NCBI GenBank assembly: GCA_964016885.1
Contig: CAXHJY010000115.1
Location: 22,947 to 86,946, forward strand
Direction of reading: 5' to 3'
DNA length: 64,000 nt
Source: Eledone cirrhosa
Lineage: Eukaryota
Shown: positions 38,855-51,178 of the stretch, piece after piece
Numbering within the stretch: the first letter of the stretch is position 1
Layout of the letters: each line of letters opens with the position of its first letter
Position numbers and translations under genes: made by a program
The notes under the pieces: generated by a model
Told to the model about the DNA's origin: nothing
What the model saw: only the letters and a program-made list of their open reading frames with translations
Databases searched by the model: none

Positions 38855-39941
38855 CAGAGGTTCTTAAGCTTTTGGGGCCATCACACCACGGCCTCGTAAC
38901 ACCCTCAGCGCCCTCAACCCTATTTCTAGGGAGACCTGCCTACACACAAATTGTAAATAATATATAATAACTAAAGTCGTTAATTTATATATAATAAATA
39001 ATATAATATATACTATGTATAAATAAATATTATATATTTTTTATTTTACTATATTTATATATATTATGTATCATTTGATATTTAATATACAGGGTGGTCT
39101 GAAAGTCTTGTCACCCTCTACCAAAAAGAAAATTATAATATTATTATATCATCATCATCATCATCATCATCACCGTTTTACGTCTGTTCTTCCACGCTAG
39201 CATGGGTTAGACGGGTTGTCCTGTTGTGGGCATCGTCCGGTCGGCTGTCCTATCTTGTTCATACGGGAACTGATTCTGGCTGGATTTTTACAGCTGGATG
39301 CCCTTCCTAACACCACCCTCATTTACAGTGAGTGCTGGGTGCTTTTTTCCGTGGCACCTCCACGTCCACTTCTACAGCTGAGTAAACTGGAGCAATGTGA
39401 AATAAAGTGTCTTGCTCAAGGAAACAACACATCACCCGGTCCGAGAATTGAACTCACAACCTTTCGATTGCAAGCCCAAATATATTATAAGAAAATTATA
39501 TTATTATTATTATTATATATTATAATTAATTGTTTCTACTTTTTGGCACAAGGCCAGCAATTATCCCAGTGCATTACTGGTACTTTATTTTATCGACCCC
39601 GTAAGGATGAAAGGCAAAGTTAACCTCGGTGGGATTTGAACTCAGACCATAAAGGGCTGTAACTCTTATATTATATTATTAAAACAAAAAATAATTGTTT
39701 CTACTTTTGGTACAAGGCCAGCAATTATCCCAGGGTATTACTGGTACTTTATTTTATCGACCCCATAAGGATGAAAGGCAATGACAGTTAAAACAATATG
39801 TAAGGGTGACAAGACTTTCGGACTACCCTGTACTATTATATTAATTCTACCGCTCCACAGCATCCCTTAGGCTCCAGCCTTTCACCCTGGACTTTCTCAA
39901 TGTCCCCCTGGGGGTGGTAGCACCCACTTTGAGAACTTCTG
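38855..39941. mobile_element. hAT-like MITE containing a mariner-like MITE (39090-39830), which contains SINE/RTE fragments
   Basis: CAGAGGTTCTTAA / TTGAGAACTTCTG ends with 8-bp ATGTATTT/ATGTATAC; inner TA-CAGGGTGGTCTGAAAGTCTTGTCACCCT / AGGGTGACAAGACTTTCGGACTACCCTG-TA. Confidence 0.7.
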
Positions 39942-40195
39942 ATGTATACCTTCATATAAACCTTAATTATTAAGGTAGCTATTATGTATGTTCATGATGT
40001 TCATGTTTATATACACACTAGCCGTCAACATCTGAAATCCAGTCAACTAATATACAGACGTCATCCGCTCTATTGTTCCAATAGCTAATACACGTGCTAA
40101 TGTTTATAAACATCCTCTCCATTTAGCATCTATACACCGTTTATTTAATATATATATATTTAGTTATGTAATAAACAACATAAGATAATTATTTC

Positions 40196-40277
40196 ATTTA
40201 CCAGTGGTTTCTTGAAAGCAGATATATCTGTTTTCAGTCGTCAGAATATATCTGCTTTCAAGAAACCACTGGTAAAT
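40196..40277. repeat. Short palindrome abutting (TA)n
   Basis: ATTTACCAGTGGTTTCTTGAAAGCAGATATAT ... ATATATCTGCTTTCAAGAAACCACTGGTAAAT. Confidence 0.85.
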
Positions 40278-40325
40278 TATATATATATTTACGTGTATTT
40301 ATATACATATAAATATATATATATT

Positions 40326-40434
<109 letters not shown>

Positions 40435-40467
40435 ATATCTTTATATATATATATATATATTTATATA

Positions 40468-40559
<92 letters not shown>

Positions 40560-40683
40560 CAAATAACGAAACGAAATTAAATTTCGTTTCGTTTGTAACT
40601 CACTCTTGTATGACTTTTTAACTTAATTGTTTATTTATATATATTTATATTTATATATATATATTTTTTTATATATATATATA

Positions 40684-40740
<57 letters not shown>

Positions 40741-40879
40741 ATATATAGATAAGTTATTCCGTATTGAATCGGAGGTAACCACAGTAAGTAAGGTACTCAA
40801 TACATAGCAGAGTATAAAAGTTTTAATATAGAAGAGCTTCCACAGGACTAGAACTGTTTCATTCGAGAGAAATCATCAG

Positions 40880-40930
40880 GGTTTCCTGATGATTCCTCCC
40901 GAATGAAACAGTTCAAATCCTGTAGAAGCC
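40880..40930 (+). ncRNA. Type I hammerhead ribozyme inside palindrome 40751-41015
   Basis: GGUUUC-CUGAUGA-UUCCUCCCGAAU-GAA-ACAG-UUCAAAUC-CUGU-A-GAAGCC; same family as 11246-11296 with a different but still paired stem I. Confidence 0.75.
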
Positions 40931-41040
40931 ATTTCTATATAAAATATTTATACTCTGCTATGTATTGAGTACCTTACTTACTGTGGTTACCCTTGATTGA
41001 ACCCAGGATAAACTTATATTATATATATATATATATATAT

Positions 41041-41102
<62 letters not shown>

Positions 41103-41113
41103 AGAGAGAGATA

Positions 41114-42031
41114 GAATTAGTATATCTACCAACATATGTATACAGATGTATACTCATGCTAGCAAATATATATGTTATGTTTTAGTACCTTTGTGGTTCT
41201 ATGCAAGGGGATGCAGAACAATTATATGAAAGACGTAAAATAAGAAAATTTTAAAATTAACTTACTTACTAAAATTTTCACTCCAACTAATTAGTTTCTG
41301 TAAGGGAATAAATATAGTTACGCAACGCAACTATAGAGAAATCATTACGTCATCAGGGAGTCTATTCTCAGCTAAGTTCCCAGGCAATGCGCGGACACTA
41401 AAAAATAATAATTCAGTGGATGGAAAAAAGCAAGCGGGGACTAGATTCCAGGGCACTGAAAAAATTCACTGCCTACTTGGTCAGTGGCAAATTCTAAAGA
41501 ATCAATCACGTGACACTGAGGTTAATCAGTGAGAACAATTATATGAAAGACGTAAAATAAGAAAATTGCTAGCATGAGTATACATCTGTATACATATGTT
41601 GGTAGATATACTAATTCTCTATATTTATCTCCAAATTATTTGTTGAGCAAAACTTGCCGAAATTTACTGCTATGGTTCATGGTAGTAGTTAGGCTCTTGT
41701 CTCATCACACTCCACTCCTCACTGATTAACCTCAGTGTCACGTGATTGATTCTTTAGAATTTGCCACTGACCAAGTAGGCAGTGAATTTTTTCAGTGCCA
41801 TGGAATCTAGTCGCCGCTTGCTTTTTTTCCATCCACTGAATTATTATTTTTATATGGGTTCCTAGTGTCTACGCATTGCCTGGGAACTTAGCTGAGAATA
41901 GACTTCCTGATGACGTAAGGATTTCTCTATAGTTGCGTTGCGTAACTATATTTATTCCCTTACAGAAACTAATTAGTTGGAGTGAAAATTTTAGTAAGTA
42001 AGTTAATTTTAAAATGTTCTTATTTTACGTC

Positions 42032-42037
<6 letters not shown>
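41114..42037. mobile_element. Rearranged double-inverted non-coding cassette between (TA)n tracts
   Basis: 41114-41165 is inverted at 41566-41620; about 41222-41532 is inverted at 41717-42037; homologous to 61890-62240. Confidence 0.8.
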
Positions 42038-42090
<53 letters not shown>

Positions 42091-42480
42091 CATATGTTAT
42101 TCACACAAGATCTACACACCGTTTCTTAACATATTTTGTCGTAACATATTTATATACACAGCACCTTTGTTTAATCCCGGTGTTCATAAAACTAAAACAA
42201 TCGTAACCGAAACTATAATGACCCCTAGATGATGGCTGATGAGTGGGAACTGCCTTTGTGCCCATCTTTTCTGTTCTGTGCCTTTATATGTCCGACGTTT
42301 TATTTTTCATTGATATTATCTTTGTAACCGAGACAACCTAAGTTTAAAATCTCAATTGTTTATATACACAAATATTGAATATTTGTGTATATATACACAG
42401 CACCCGACAATATAACACCAACAACTCATATTCTACCCATTTACCACTCAACAATACAACAATACAACAACCCTTACAAC

Positions 42481-43600
42481 TCACACTCACTACACACCTC
42501 ACATACTCCACACATCACACTCACTACACACCTCACATACTCCACACACCACACTCACTACACACCTCACACACTCCACACATCACACTCACTACACACC
42601 TCACATACTCCACACATCACACTCACTACACACCTCACATACTCCACACATCACACTCACTACACACTTTACATACTCCACACACCACACTCACTACACA
42701 CCTCACATACTCCACACATCACACTCACTACACACCTCACATACTCCACACATCACACTCACTACACACCTCACATACTCCACACATCACACTCACTACA
42801 CACTTTACATACTCCACACACCACACTCACTACACACCTCACACACTCCACACATCACACTCACTACACACCTCACATACTCCACACATCACACTCACTA
42901 CACACCTCACATACTCCACACATCACACTCACTACACACTTTACATACTCTACACTACCTCACACTTACTACACACTCATACATCATATACTCCACATAA
43001 CTCACACTCACTACACACCTCACACTCACTACACACTCTACACAACTCACCTCACACACTCTACACACTCTACACAACTCAAACTCACTACACACCTCAC
43101 AAACTCTACACACTCATACATCATATACTCCACAAACTAACACTCACTACGCACCTCACACACTCCACACATCACACACTATACATACCTCACACACTCA
43201 CTACACACCTCACACACTACATACCTCACTCACTACACACCTCACTTACTACATATCTCACACTCTACACGCCTCACACTCACTACACACCTCACACATT
43301 CTACACACCTCACATACTCCACACCTCACACATTCTACACACCTCATATACTCCACACATCACACACTCTACACACCTCACATACTCCACACCTCACACA
43401 CTCTACACGCCTCACACTCACTACACACCCCACACATTCTACACATCTCACATACTCCACACATCACACATTCTACACACCTCACATACTCCACACCTCA
43501 CACACTCTACACACCTCACATACTCCACACATCACACACTCTGCACACCTCACACTCACTACACACCTCACACACTCACTACACTCATCACAAACTCTAC
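42481..43600. repeat. 34-bp minisatellite decaying rightward into CA-rich low complexity
   Basis: Unit TCACACTCACTACACACCTCACATACTCCACACA. Confidence 0.93.
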
Positions 43601-44722
43601 ACCCTCCACACAGCAAATACTCTACAAAAATGATTTCTAAAGTGTTTATGACATTGTCACCCTATCCCCACCTTTATTGATATTTGTTTGTCTACCACTT
43701 GTGTGATTTATATGTAATAGTTGGTGAGACCGCTGACTACTCTGCGACACTCTAGAGCTGACATCGAGAACATTTTCAATCTGAAGAAAAATTTAAGTTT
43801 AAAATAATAATTAAAACTACCGGAACCACATAATTTATTATAAACCAAAATACATACATGAATTTAGCTAACTTTTTCTTACACAAAGTGATTTGGAGGC
43901 TTTGAATCTTATCTAAAATAGTTTCAGTGTTCGGCTTTTATTTTAATAATAAAAAAATAAAAAATATGAATTAATGAATGATCGTCGATCCACAAGATCC
44001 CAGACCTCATTCGTTTACTGACTGTGGTGGAGCTCGTTAAATAGGACCGAGGAAACAATGTTTCCATTGTTTTTTTTTCAATTGCTAATACTATCTACCG
44101 GTCGCAAATCCCGGCAGAAGGATCAACGTGACATAAAGTGTCTTGCTTAAGGACATAACGCCTGCCTCGCCCGATCCTGAGATCGAGCTCATAACCTCAC
44201 GATTGCTAATCAAATTCCCTAACCACTAAGCCACTCACCTTCACTAAAAAAAAAATTAAATTAAAAGAATCAAAGGTTCTAAGAACCAGGCGAGATAGGC
44301 TAAAAAGGTTCAAGTTCCCGACACCTGCCTTAGAATATCATGACAAGGGTGGTTTAAGATTACATGGGGAACCTTGGTTAAAAATTTCATCAGGACATTT
44401 GAGGCCATTTAGATAATGTGCGGCCCATGGGTAAAACCCAATAACCCCTCCACCCCCACCTATAATCCATTGGTGCTTTATATAATCAGAATAGATGTTT
44501 CTCAACTTACAGTGTATGAATGAATAGAAGAGACAACAGAGTCAACAAGACACAATGGTTAATTTACAGCTACAGATATTCCTCCTGTGTTTTATCATCT
44601 CCACAACGTCCAACACCCAAGCCGAAACTTCGGGTTAGTATTTTCATTATTTATACATAAATTCAACAATTTACATCAATTTGCTCTCATTGGGGGAAGA
44701 GAGGTGGGGACGATGTATATAC

Positions 44723-44777
<55 letters not shown>

Positions 44778-45653
44778 TACTTTGAATAGTTGTATCATTT
44801 ATTTTCACCTAACAGTTTGTTGCGTCTACGCGATTTTGTGTTTGTGTTTGTTTTTGTTTTCGTTTTGTTTTGATATGATATGCTGTGTTGCTTCTGTTTG
44901 TCTTTTCTATCTTCTGTCACTTGTGTCGATGAATATATTGTGTAAATATGTTTTAAAACTTTCTTCCTTGCTATTATGTGTCTGGTATTGAAATATTAAT
45001 ATGTAATATTATATGTATCTGAATTGCCTATATCTCTGTATATTTATTGTCTATTATATATATATATATTTTTTTTTTTACCATACTTTATTTTATTTTA
45101 TGGTATTATTTTTTACCCTGTGGAATACATTATGTTTTTATACACGTTTTGTTGACTTTGCATGGTACGTTGGATGTATTTATATTTTTTTAATGTCAAT
45201 ATATTATTTTCATTGATTTTAGTATTGTTTAATCACACCGTCAGGGTGATTATTCTATTATAATGCTTATATTTATATATTTGTGTTAATATGTGTATGT
45301 GTATATGTGTGTGTATATATATGTGTCTGAGTGCGTGTAGATATATATACATATTAAATTTTATTTTTGTATTATGTATTGCATTGTATTGTATATTATA
45401 TTATAATTTTTATATCTTATTTCTCGCATTATATTACTATGTTGTATTTCGAGTATTAGACTTATATTGTACTTTTAACATGGGTTTGTTTAATGTTTGC
45501 TTGCTCTCGTGCCCTATAGTTTTTATTTACAAATGCACCCTATTAGGTTTAACATGTCTTTCCATGATAATTTTCCTAAATTTTCATAAATATCCATTCG
45601 CTATTCTTCTGAATTTTGGCTTGTTCTAGCCGATGATATTTCTTGTCTTTTCC

Positions 45654-45698
45654 TTGCTCTGATGAGTCCCAATTGATGGGACGAAACATTGTCAGCAA
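45654..45698 (+). ncRNA. Canonical minimal type I hammerhead ribozyme
   Basis: UUGCU-CUGAUGA-GUCCCA(AUUGA)UGGGAC-GAAAC-AUU-GUC-AGCAA: all core residues, G10.1-C11.1, GUC site, followed by AATAAA; lies in a T-rich cassette (about 44775-45850) bounded by (TA)n. Confidence 0.9.
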
Positions 45699-45871
45699 AT
45701 AAAGATTTTTAATGTATTAAAGGCTTCTTTGTTAATTTATATAATTTTTCGGCTCTGATTGATAACATTGAGCTATATCTTATACTGTCATTTCTCTAAT
45801 ACGACGAGTGTGTTTAACTCTAATGCACTCAAGTATTTTTATTTTTATCTTTATATATATATATATATATA

Positions 45872-46100
45872 TAATGATATTAAATAAATGGAAACTATAT
45901 TTATAAAACTATATTTATTCTATTACATATATTTCAAGGGTACCAAAAACTTTGGTATCAGATAAAATACAAAGTGTGTTTTATAAATTTTGACATAGCC
46001 AAGGAAACATACCTTATCAGTTGAATTTTTCTTGGATAGTATATATATAATAGAATAAATATGGTTTTATAAATATAGTTTCCATTTATTTAATATCATT
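45872..46100. repeat. Inverted repeat (~60-bp arms, long spacer) beside (TA)n
   Basis: AATGATATTAAATAAATGGAAACTATATTTATAAAAC / GTTTTATAAATATAGTTTCCATTTATTTAATATCATT. Confidence 0.8.
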
Positions 46101-46521
46101 GAATATTTACTCCAGAATACTGTCGAGTGCTCTGAATCAGTTATAAACATTGATATTTGTTGAATTTCCAACAAATTAAATATCGCTCCTACTTATATAT
46201 ATATGGGGGGGGGGGAGTATGTGTGCGTGTGTGTGTGTAAGCAAACGTTGTGTGTGAAGCTTGAATTTTTGAACTTACTAAGTGCCGAATAAATACATTT
46301 TATGAGAAGATGTAGGAGGGTCAGACACTGGCAACATTTTCCCGCCTCTAGAGGTCTTAATCTGATTTTTATAGCAACTGACTGCAATTGCAGTTATTTT
46401 CTGTCTCTGAACTTCTTACATCTTCTTATAAATGTATTTACTAGACGTTTAGTATATATATGGAAAATTCCAGAGATTTTAGCCAAAAATAGGAGGCCGA
46501 CTATTACTCGCGTATATACGG

Positions 46522-46552
<31 letters not shown>

Positions 46553-46566
46553 ATAGATAAATATAA

Positions 46567-46612
<46 letters not shown>

Positions 46613-46667
46613 GTGAGGTTTTTTTTACAAAATGAAAAATAACCGAGGTGTCCTACACGAGTGAAAG

Positions 46668-46757
46668 TATAAAGAAAAAAAGATGCAATCGAAAATGCAA
46701 CTGGAGTCTTAAATAAGACTCCAGTTGCATTTTCGATTTCATCTTTTTTTCTTTATA
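46668..46757. repeat. Palindrome in a (TA)n-bounded cassette
   Basis: ATCGAAAATGCAACTGGAGTCTTA aa TAAGACTCCAGTTGCATTTTCGAT. Confidence 0.85.
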
Positions 46758-46790
46758 TTTATATATATATATATATATGTATATAATGAA

Positions 46791-47118
46791 GGCGCATGGC
46801 TTAGTGGTTAGAGCATTGGGTTTGCAATTGAGAGGTTGTGAGTTCGATTCTCGGACCAGGTGATGCGTTGTGTCCTTGAGCAAGACACTTTATTTCACAT
46901 TGCTCCAGTTTACTCAGCTGTAGAAATGAGTTGCAACGTCACTGGTGCCAAGCTGTATCGGCCACTAGCTTTCCCTTGGACAACATCAGTTGCGTGGAGG
47001 GGGGAGGCTAGTGTGCATGGGCGACTGCTGGTCTTCCACAAAACAAACCTTGCCAAGTCTTGTGTCTCGGAGGGAAACTTTGTAGGTGTAAAACAATGGT
47101 CATTCATGACCGAGTGGG
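46791..47118 (+). mobile_element. Full-length tRNA-derived CORE-type SINE
   Basis: A box TGGCTTAGTGG, B box GTTCGATTC, CORE-like TGTGTCCTTGAGCAAGACACTT...CAGTTTACTCAGCTGTAGAAATG; partial copies near 6025, 26519, 39370 and 47342. Confidence 0.85.
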
Positions 47119-47473
47119 GCCAAAGCAATATATATATTATATATCATCATCTTCATTTTACGTCCACTTTTCCCTACTTGCAAGGGTGGGACGGGAACTG
47201 ATTCTGGCTTGATTTCTACAGCTGGATGCCCTTCCTAACACCAACCTCATTTACAGTGAGTGCTGGGTGCTTTTTTCCCATGGCACCTCCACGACCACTT
47301 TGCAGTGGAATGATAGGGACCCCAGTCCCTATCATCTCATTTCTACAGCTGAGTAAACTGGAGCAATGTGAAATAAAGTGTCTTGCTCAAGGACACAACA
47401 CATCACCTGGTCTGAGAATTGAACTCACAACCTGTCGATTGCAAGGCCAATGCTCTAACCACTAAGCCATGTG

Positions 47474-47548
<75 letters not shown>

Positions 47549-47828
47549 TTTTGTGTGAGTACCATCAGCAGAAAATGCACAGTTACATGTGACAAACAAA
47601 CAGCTGCATCGTCAGCCACCTTATTGGCGTACAATTTCACACATTAAGGTTGTATTGCACTTGTAATACCAATGTGTGCACCAGAATGGAGTACGACACT
47701 GTTGGTAAGGTACATGTGAAACGACAACAAAAGAAAGAATGGACAGGAAAAATTTACATTTGATAAAAACCGAGATAAATACGTAAAAAATGACGACTAG
47801 AAATAAATAGTAAAGAGAGAGTTTGACA

Positions 47829-47866
47829 TCTATATATATATAACTGAGGATGTCTGTCTGTCTGTA
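47829..47866 (+). mobile_element. Helitron 5' end, separated from its 3' part
   Basis: A|TCTATATATATAACTGAGGATGTCTGTCTGTCTG resembles the 5' end at 52100. Confidence 0.65.
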
Positions 47867-48015
47867 ATACACTGGGATCATTTTAATCGACTTTCCCCTC
47901 CCCTCAAACTGTTGGCCTTGTGCCCAAATCAGAAATCGTTATTTCTAACGAAACATTGCCTATAGTTTTTTAATTTTCAAAATAATCAAGAATATGAAGA
48001 GATTGAGTAATATAG

Positions 48016-48070
<55 letters not shown>

Positions 48071-48130
48071 TAGATATAGATAGATAGATAGGTAAATATA
48101 CACGGGTGTGTATGATTGTGTATAGAAGAT

Positions 48131-48267
48131 TATATTAATAAGAGGAATTCCAACTTTGTCTGATTTACTCGTTTTATTTACAATCCTTTAAAATTTATAA
48201 CGGTATTATAAATTTTAAAGGATTGTAAATAAAACGAGTAAATCAGACAAAGCTGGAATTCCTCTTA

Positions 48268-48275
<8 letters not shown>
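48131..48275. repeat. Near-perfect palindrome (~70-bp arms, 5-nt spacer) in (TA)n
   Basis: ...TTTAAAATTTATAA cggta TTATAAATTTTAAA... Confidence 0.9.
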
Positions 48276-48313
<38 letters not shown>

Positions 48314-48344
48314 GCCGGTGGTGTGAACTTAACAAAGGTTCTTA

Positions 48345-48750
48345 CATAAAAAATATAATTGTTTCTACTTTAGGGACAAGGCCAGCAATTATCCAGTGTA
48401 TTACTGGTACTTTATTTTATCGACCCCGTAAGGATGAAAGGCAAAATCAACCTCGGCGGGATTTGAACTCAGAATGACAAGGGCCGTAACTCTATGCGTC
48501 AAAGCATGGTGTCCGACTCTCTACCGATACTGCCAATTACATAAAAATATAATTGTTTCTACTTTTGGCACAAGGCCAGCAAATTACCCAGTACATTACT
48601 GGTACTTTATTTTATCGACCCCGTAAGGATGAAAGGCAAAGTTAACCTCGGCGGGATTTGAACTCAATTACATAAAAATATAATTGTTTCTACTTTAGGC
48701 ACAAGGCCAGCAATTACCCAGTGCATTACTGGTACTTTATAAAAATATAA
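48345..48750 (-). mobile_element. Three tandem partial SINE copies inside a TTAA MITE
   Basis: TTACATAAAAATATAATTGTTTCTACTTT.GG.ACAAGGCCAGC restarts at about 48342, 48537 and 48668. Confidence 0.8.
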
Positions 48751-49758
48751 TGAAAGGTTTTAAGATTAATATATATATACTTTAAAATAAATAGTTTTAG
48801 ATCGTAGAATCAGTAGCGATTTCAGACAGTTTGGTATCAAAAGGGTTAAGGCTATTTTATGAAATGGTAAATAAAAATATGTGTAAATATATATTTTTTC
48901 TATTAACCAGTTTATAAGTTTCTCAGTAATATTTGGGTTCATATTGTTCAATGTCAAGTTTAAGGGTTATCTATATATCTCTCAGTAATCTGCGTTGTTG
49001 TAATCATTGAGACCAGGTTTTTCGATCGATGTTTCTTCTCCCTTGATTCCCCAAGTCCCAAAGACCATTAAGTGAAGTATTTTGTCCTGCAGTGCTATTA
49101 CTAATTATGGTAGAGAACCTTTCATATCATATAATACTTAATGTGAGGTGGATTTAGGTTAGGGATACTCAAAACGTTTTAGACTACTAACCCTTCATGG
49201 AATCATTGATCCCTCAGGCATGTAAAAAGATAAACAAATACCTAAATATATCAGTAAACAATATAAAATAAATAGACAATAAAAACTAATTATATACAGG
49301 GCGTGGCAGAAAAAACTCCCATACTTTAATCGATCAACCATTAAAATGAGGGAGGTATTTTGCCGCACCTTGTATCAATCAGAAACCTGTATAATCAAGT
49401 TGTATTTGATGGTGTTTGTTCTACGTTCTAGGTTCAAATCCCACCGAGGTTAACTTTACCTTTCATTCTTCCAGAGCAGATAAAATAAACTACCAGGCAA
49501 CCATAGGGGCCTATATATTCCCCACCACCCAAATTACCGGTCTTGTAGAAACCATTATTTTATGTATTTCAATTTCTTATGCTAAAGAGAGGTTTTGGTC
49601 CGAAAGTTCAGTCGATCCCTTGGGTAAGTCTCATTAACCACTGGGGTTTGATATCCTTAACCTTGGTGACCCCTGACTTAGGTCAATGAAGAGTTTTATG
49701 TTGGTGACTAGATATGAGCCACCGACTTTCAGTTTATTGTCCGTTACTTTATCTACAA

Positions 49759-50212
49759 CTAGCAGTGGTACCCAGTGTTGCACGGGATAAGGTATTTTGG
49801 AACTCAGGCCGCCAACAGACCTAATCGTGAAAAAACTGCAAGCCTGGACAATATGTAAAGAAAATAAACCGAATACTCTGATGGCTGGATAATCTTTAAG
49901 ATTTTCCTCGGTGAAACAGGAAAAATTCAGGTTTTCACCTAATGCGGGCTCAAGAAAATGAATTTTTTTAATGCAATAATATGCCTTGAAATTTCGGGAA
50001 AATCAGCTAGACGTAACGCCTCCAAAAAACCTCTAAAAAGCTGAAAAAATAAAGTTTTCACCTAGGCCATAAGAATTTTCTTTGCTCACGGTATGAAGAA
50101 GAGACTGACTAATACATAGTTACAATTTCACGGAAATCGGTCTGACGTAACGCCTCAAAGAAGCCCTAAAAAGCTGGAAAAAAAATGCAGTTTTTCATCT
50201 AATGCGGGCCCC
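49759..50212 (-). mobile_element. Helitron 3' portion
   Basis: Minus strand ends CCCGTGCAACACTGGGTACCACTG-CTAG|T, matching the hairpin + CTAG end at 53494-53521. Confidence 0.7.
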
Positions 50213-50466
50213 TTATTTATATTAATCTTAAAACCTTTCATTATTGGATTGGCAGTATCGGTAGAGGGTCGGACGCCATGCTTTCCAGCATAGTTACGTC
50301 CCTTTACGATCTGAGTTCAAATCCCGCCGAGGTTGACCTTGCTTTCATCCTTACGGGGTCGATAAAATAAAGTACCAGTAATACACTGGGTAATTGCTGG
50401 CCTGTGCCTAAAGTAGAAACAATTATATTTTTATGTAAGAACCTTTGTTAAGTTCACATCACCGGC

Positions 50467-50521
<55 letters not shown>

Positions 50522-51123
50522 ACACATAAATTATCGAGAATCGCATTTCGGCCCACGAAATAACGAAAAACAACCTCCGAGATGTGTGGCAAGTGCTCAA
50601 TGATTCAGATGAACCAGAGCTATAACAAACGTTAAAGGCCAAACACACTGAGACGATGGTTAAACAATCATTCGCATAGCCAAAAAAACGATCAAGTAAT
50701 TCGGGTCAAACAAATAAAAAATATCTGTGATTGAAAATTTACCCGGACCCCTGGAAGGTTGGTAAAATCCAGTATTTGGGTTTCTGCGGCTTCTAAATCA
50801 AGTACTGTCCGTTTACATAAATAATGTTAGGCTTCTGGTAAGATGATTGAACAAAGAAGCCACTTTCTCAACAGGTTTTAGTTCAATGTTAATACAAGGA
50901 TTGACACTTGCTGACCCTACGTGGGGATCGGCAAGGGAGGCAACCCCTATATCAGGCGAATGAATTCAGTTGTGTATATTTTTTGCAAGAATGCAAAAAC
51001 ATCACAAATCGAATATATATATATATATGTATATATATATACAAATGAATATATGATAGGGATAAACACTGATACAAGTATACATGTGTTTGCATTGTAA
51101 AAGACTATTTGAGTTTATAACTC

Positions 51124-51178
<55 letters not shown>

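Noticed and set aside
41345-41362. CTGATGA on the minus strand (also + 41907, + 42237, - about 10840)
   Set aside because: No properly placed stem II, GAAA and NUH; not called as hammerheads
42375-43640. His/Thr-rich ORFs and a CRISPR-like periodicity
   Set aside because: 34-bp tandem minisatellite with no unique spacers; eukaryotic context and no cas genes
46791-46865. tRNA-like A and B boxes (also at 38643 and 3849)
   Set aside because: These are SINE heads that continue into repeat bodies; no complete cloverleaf
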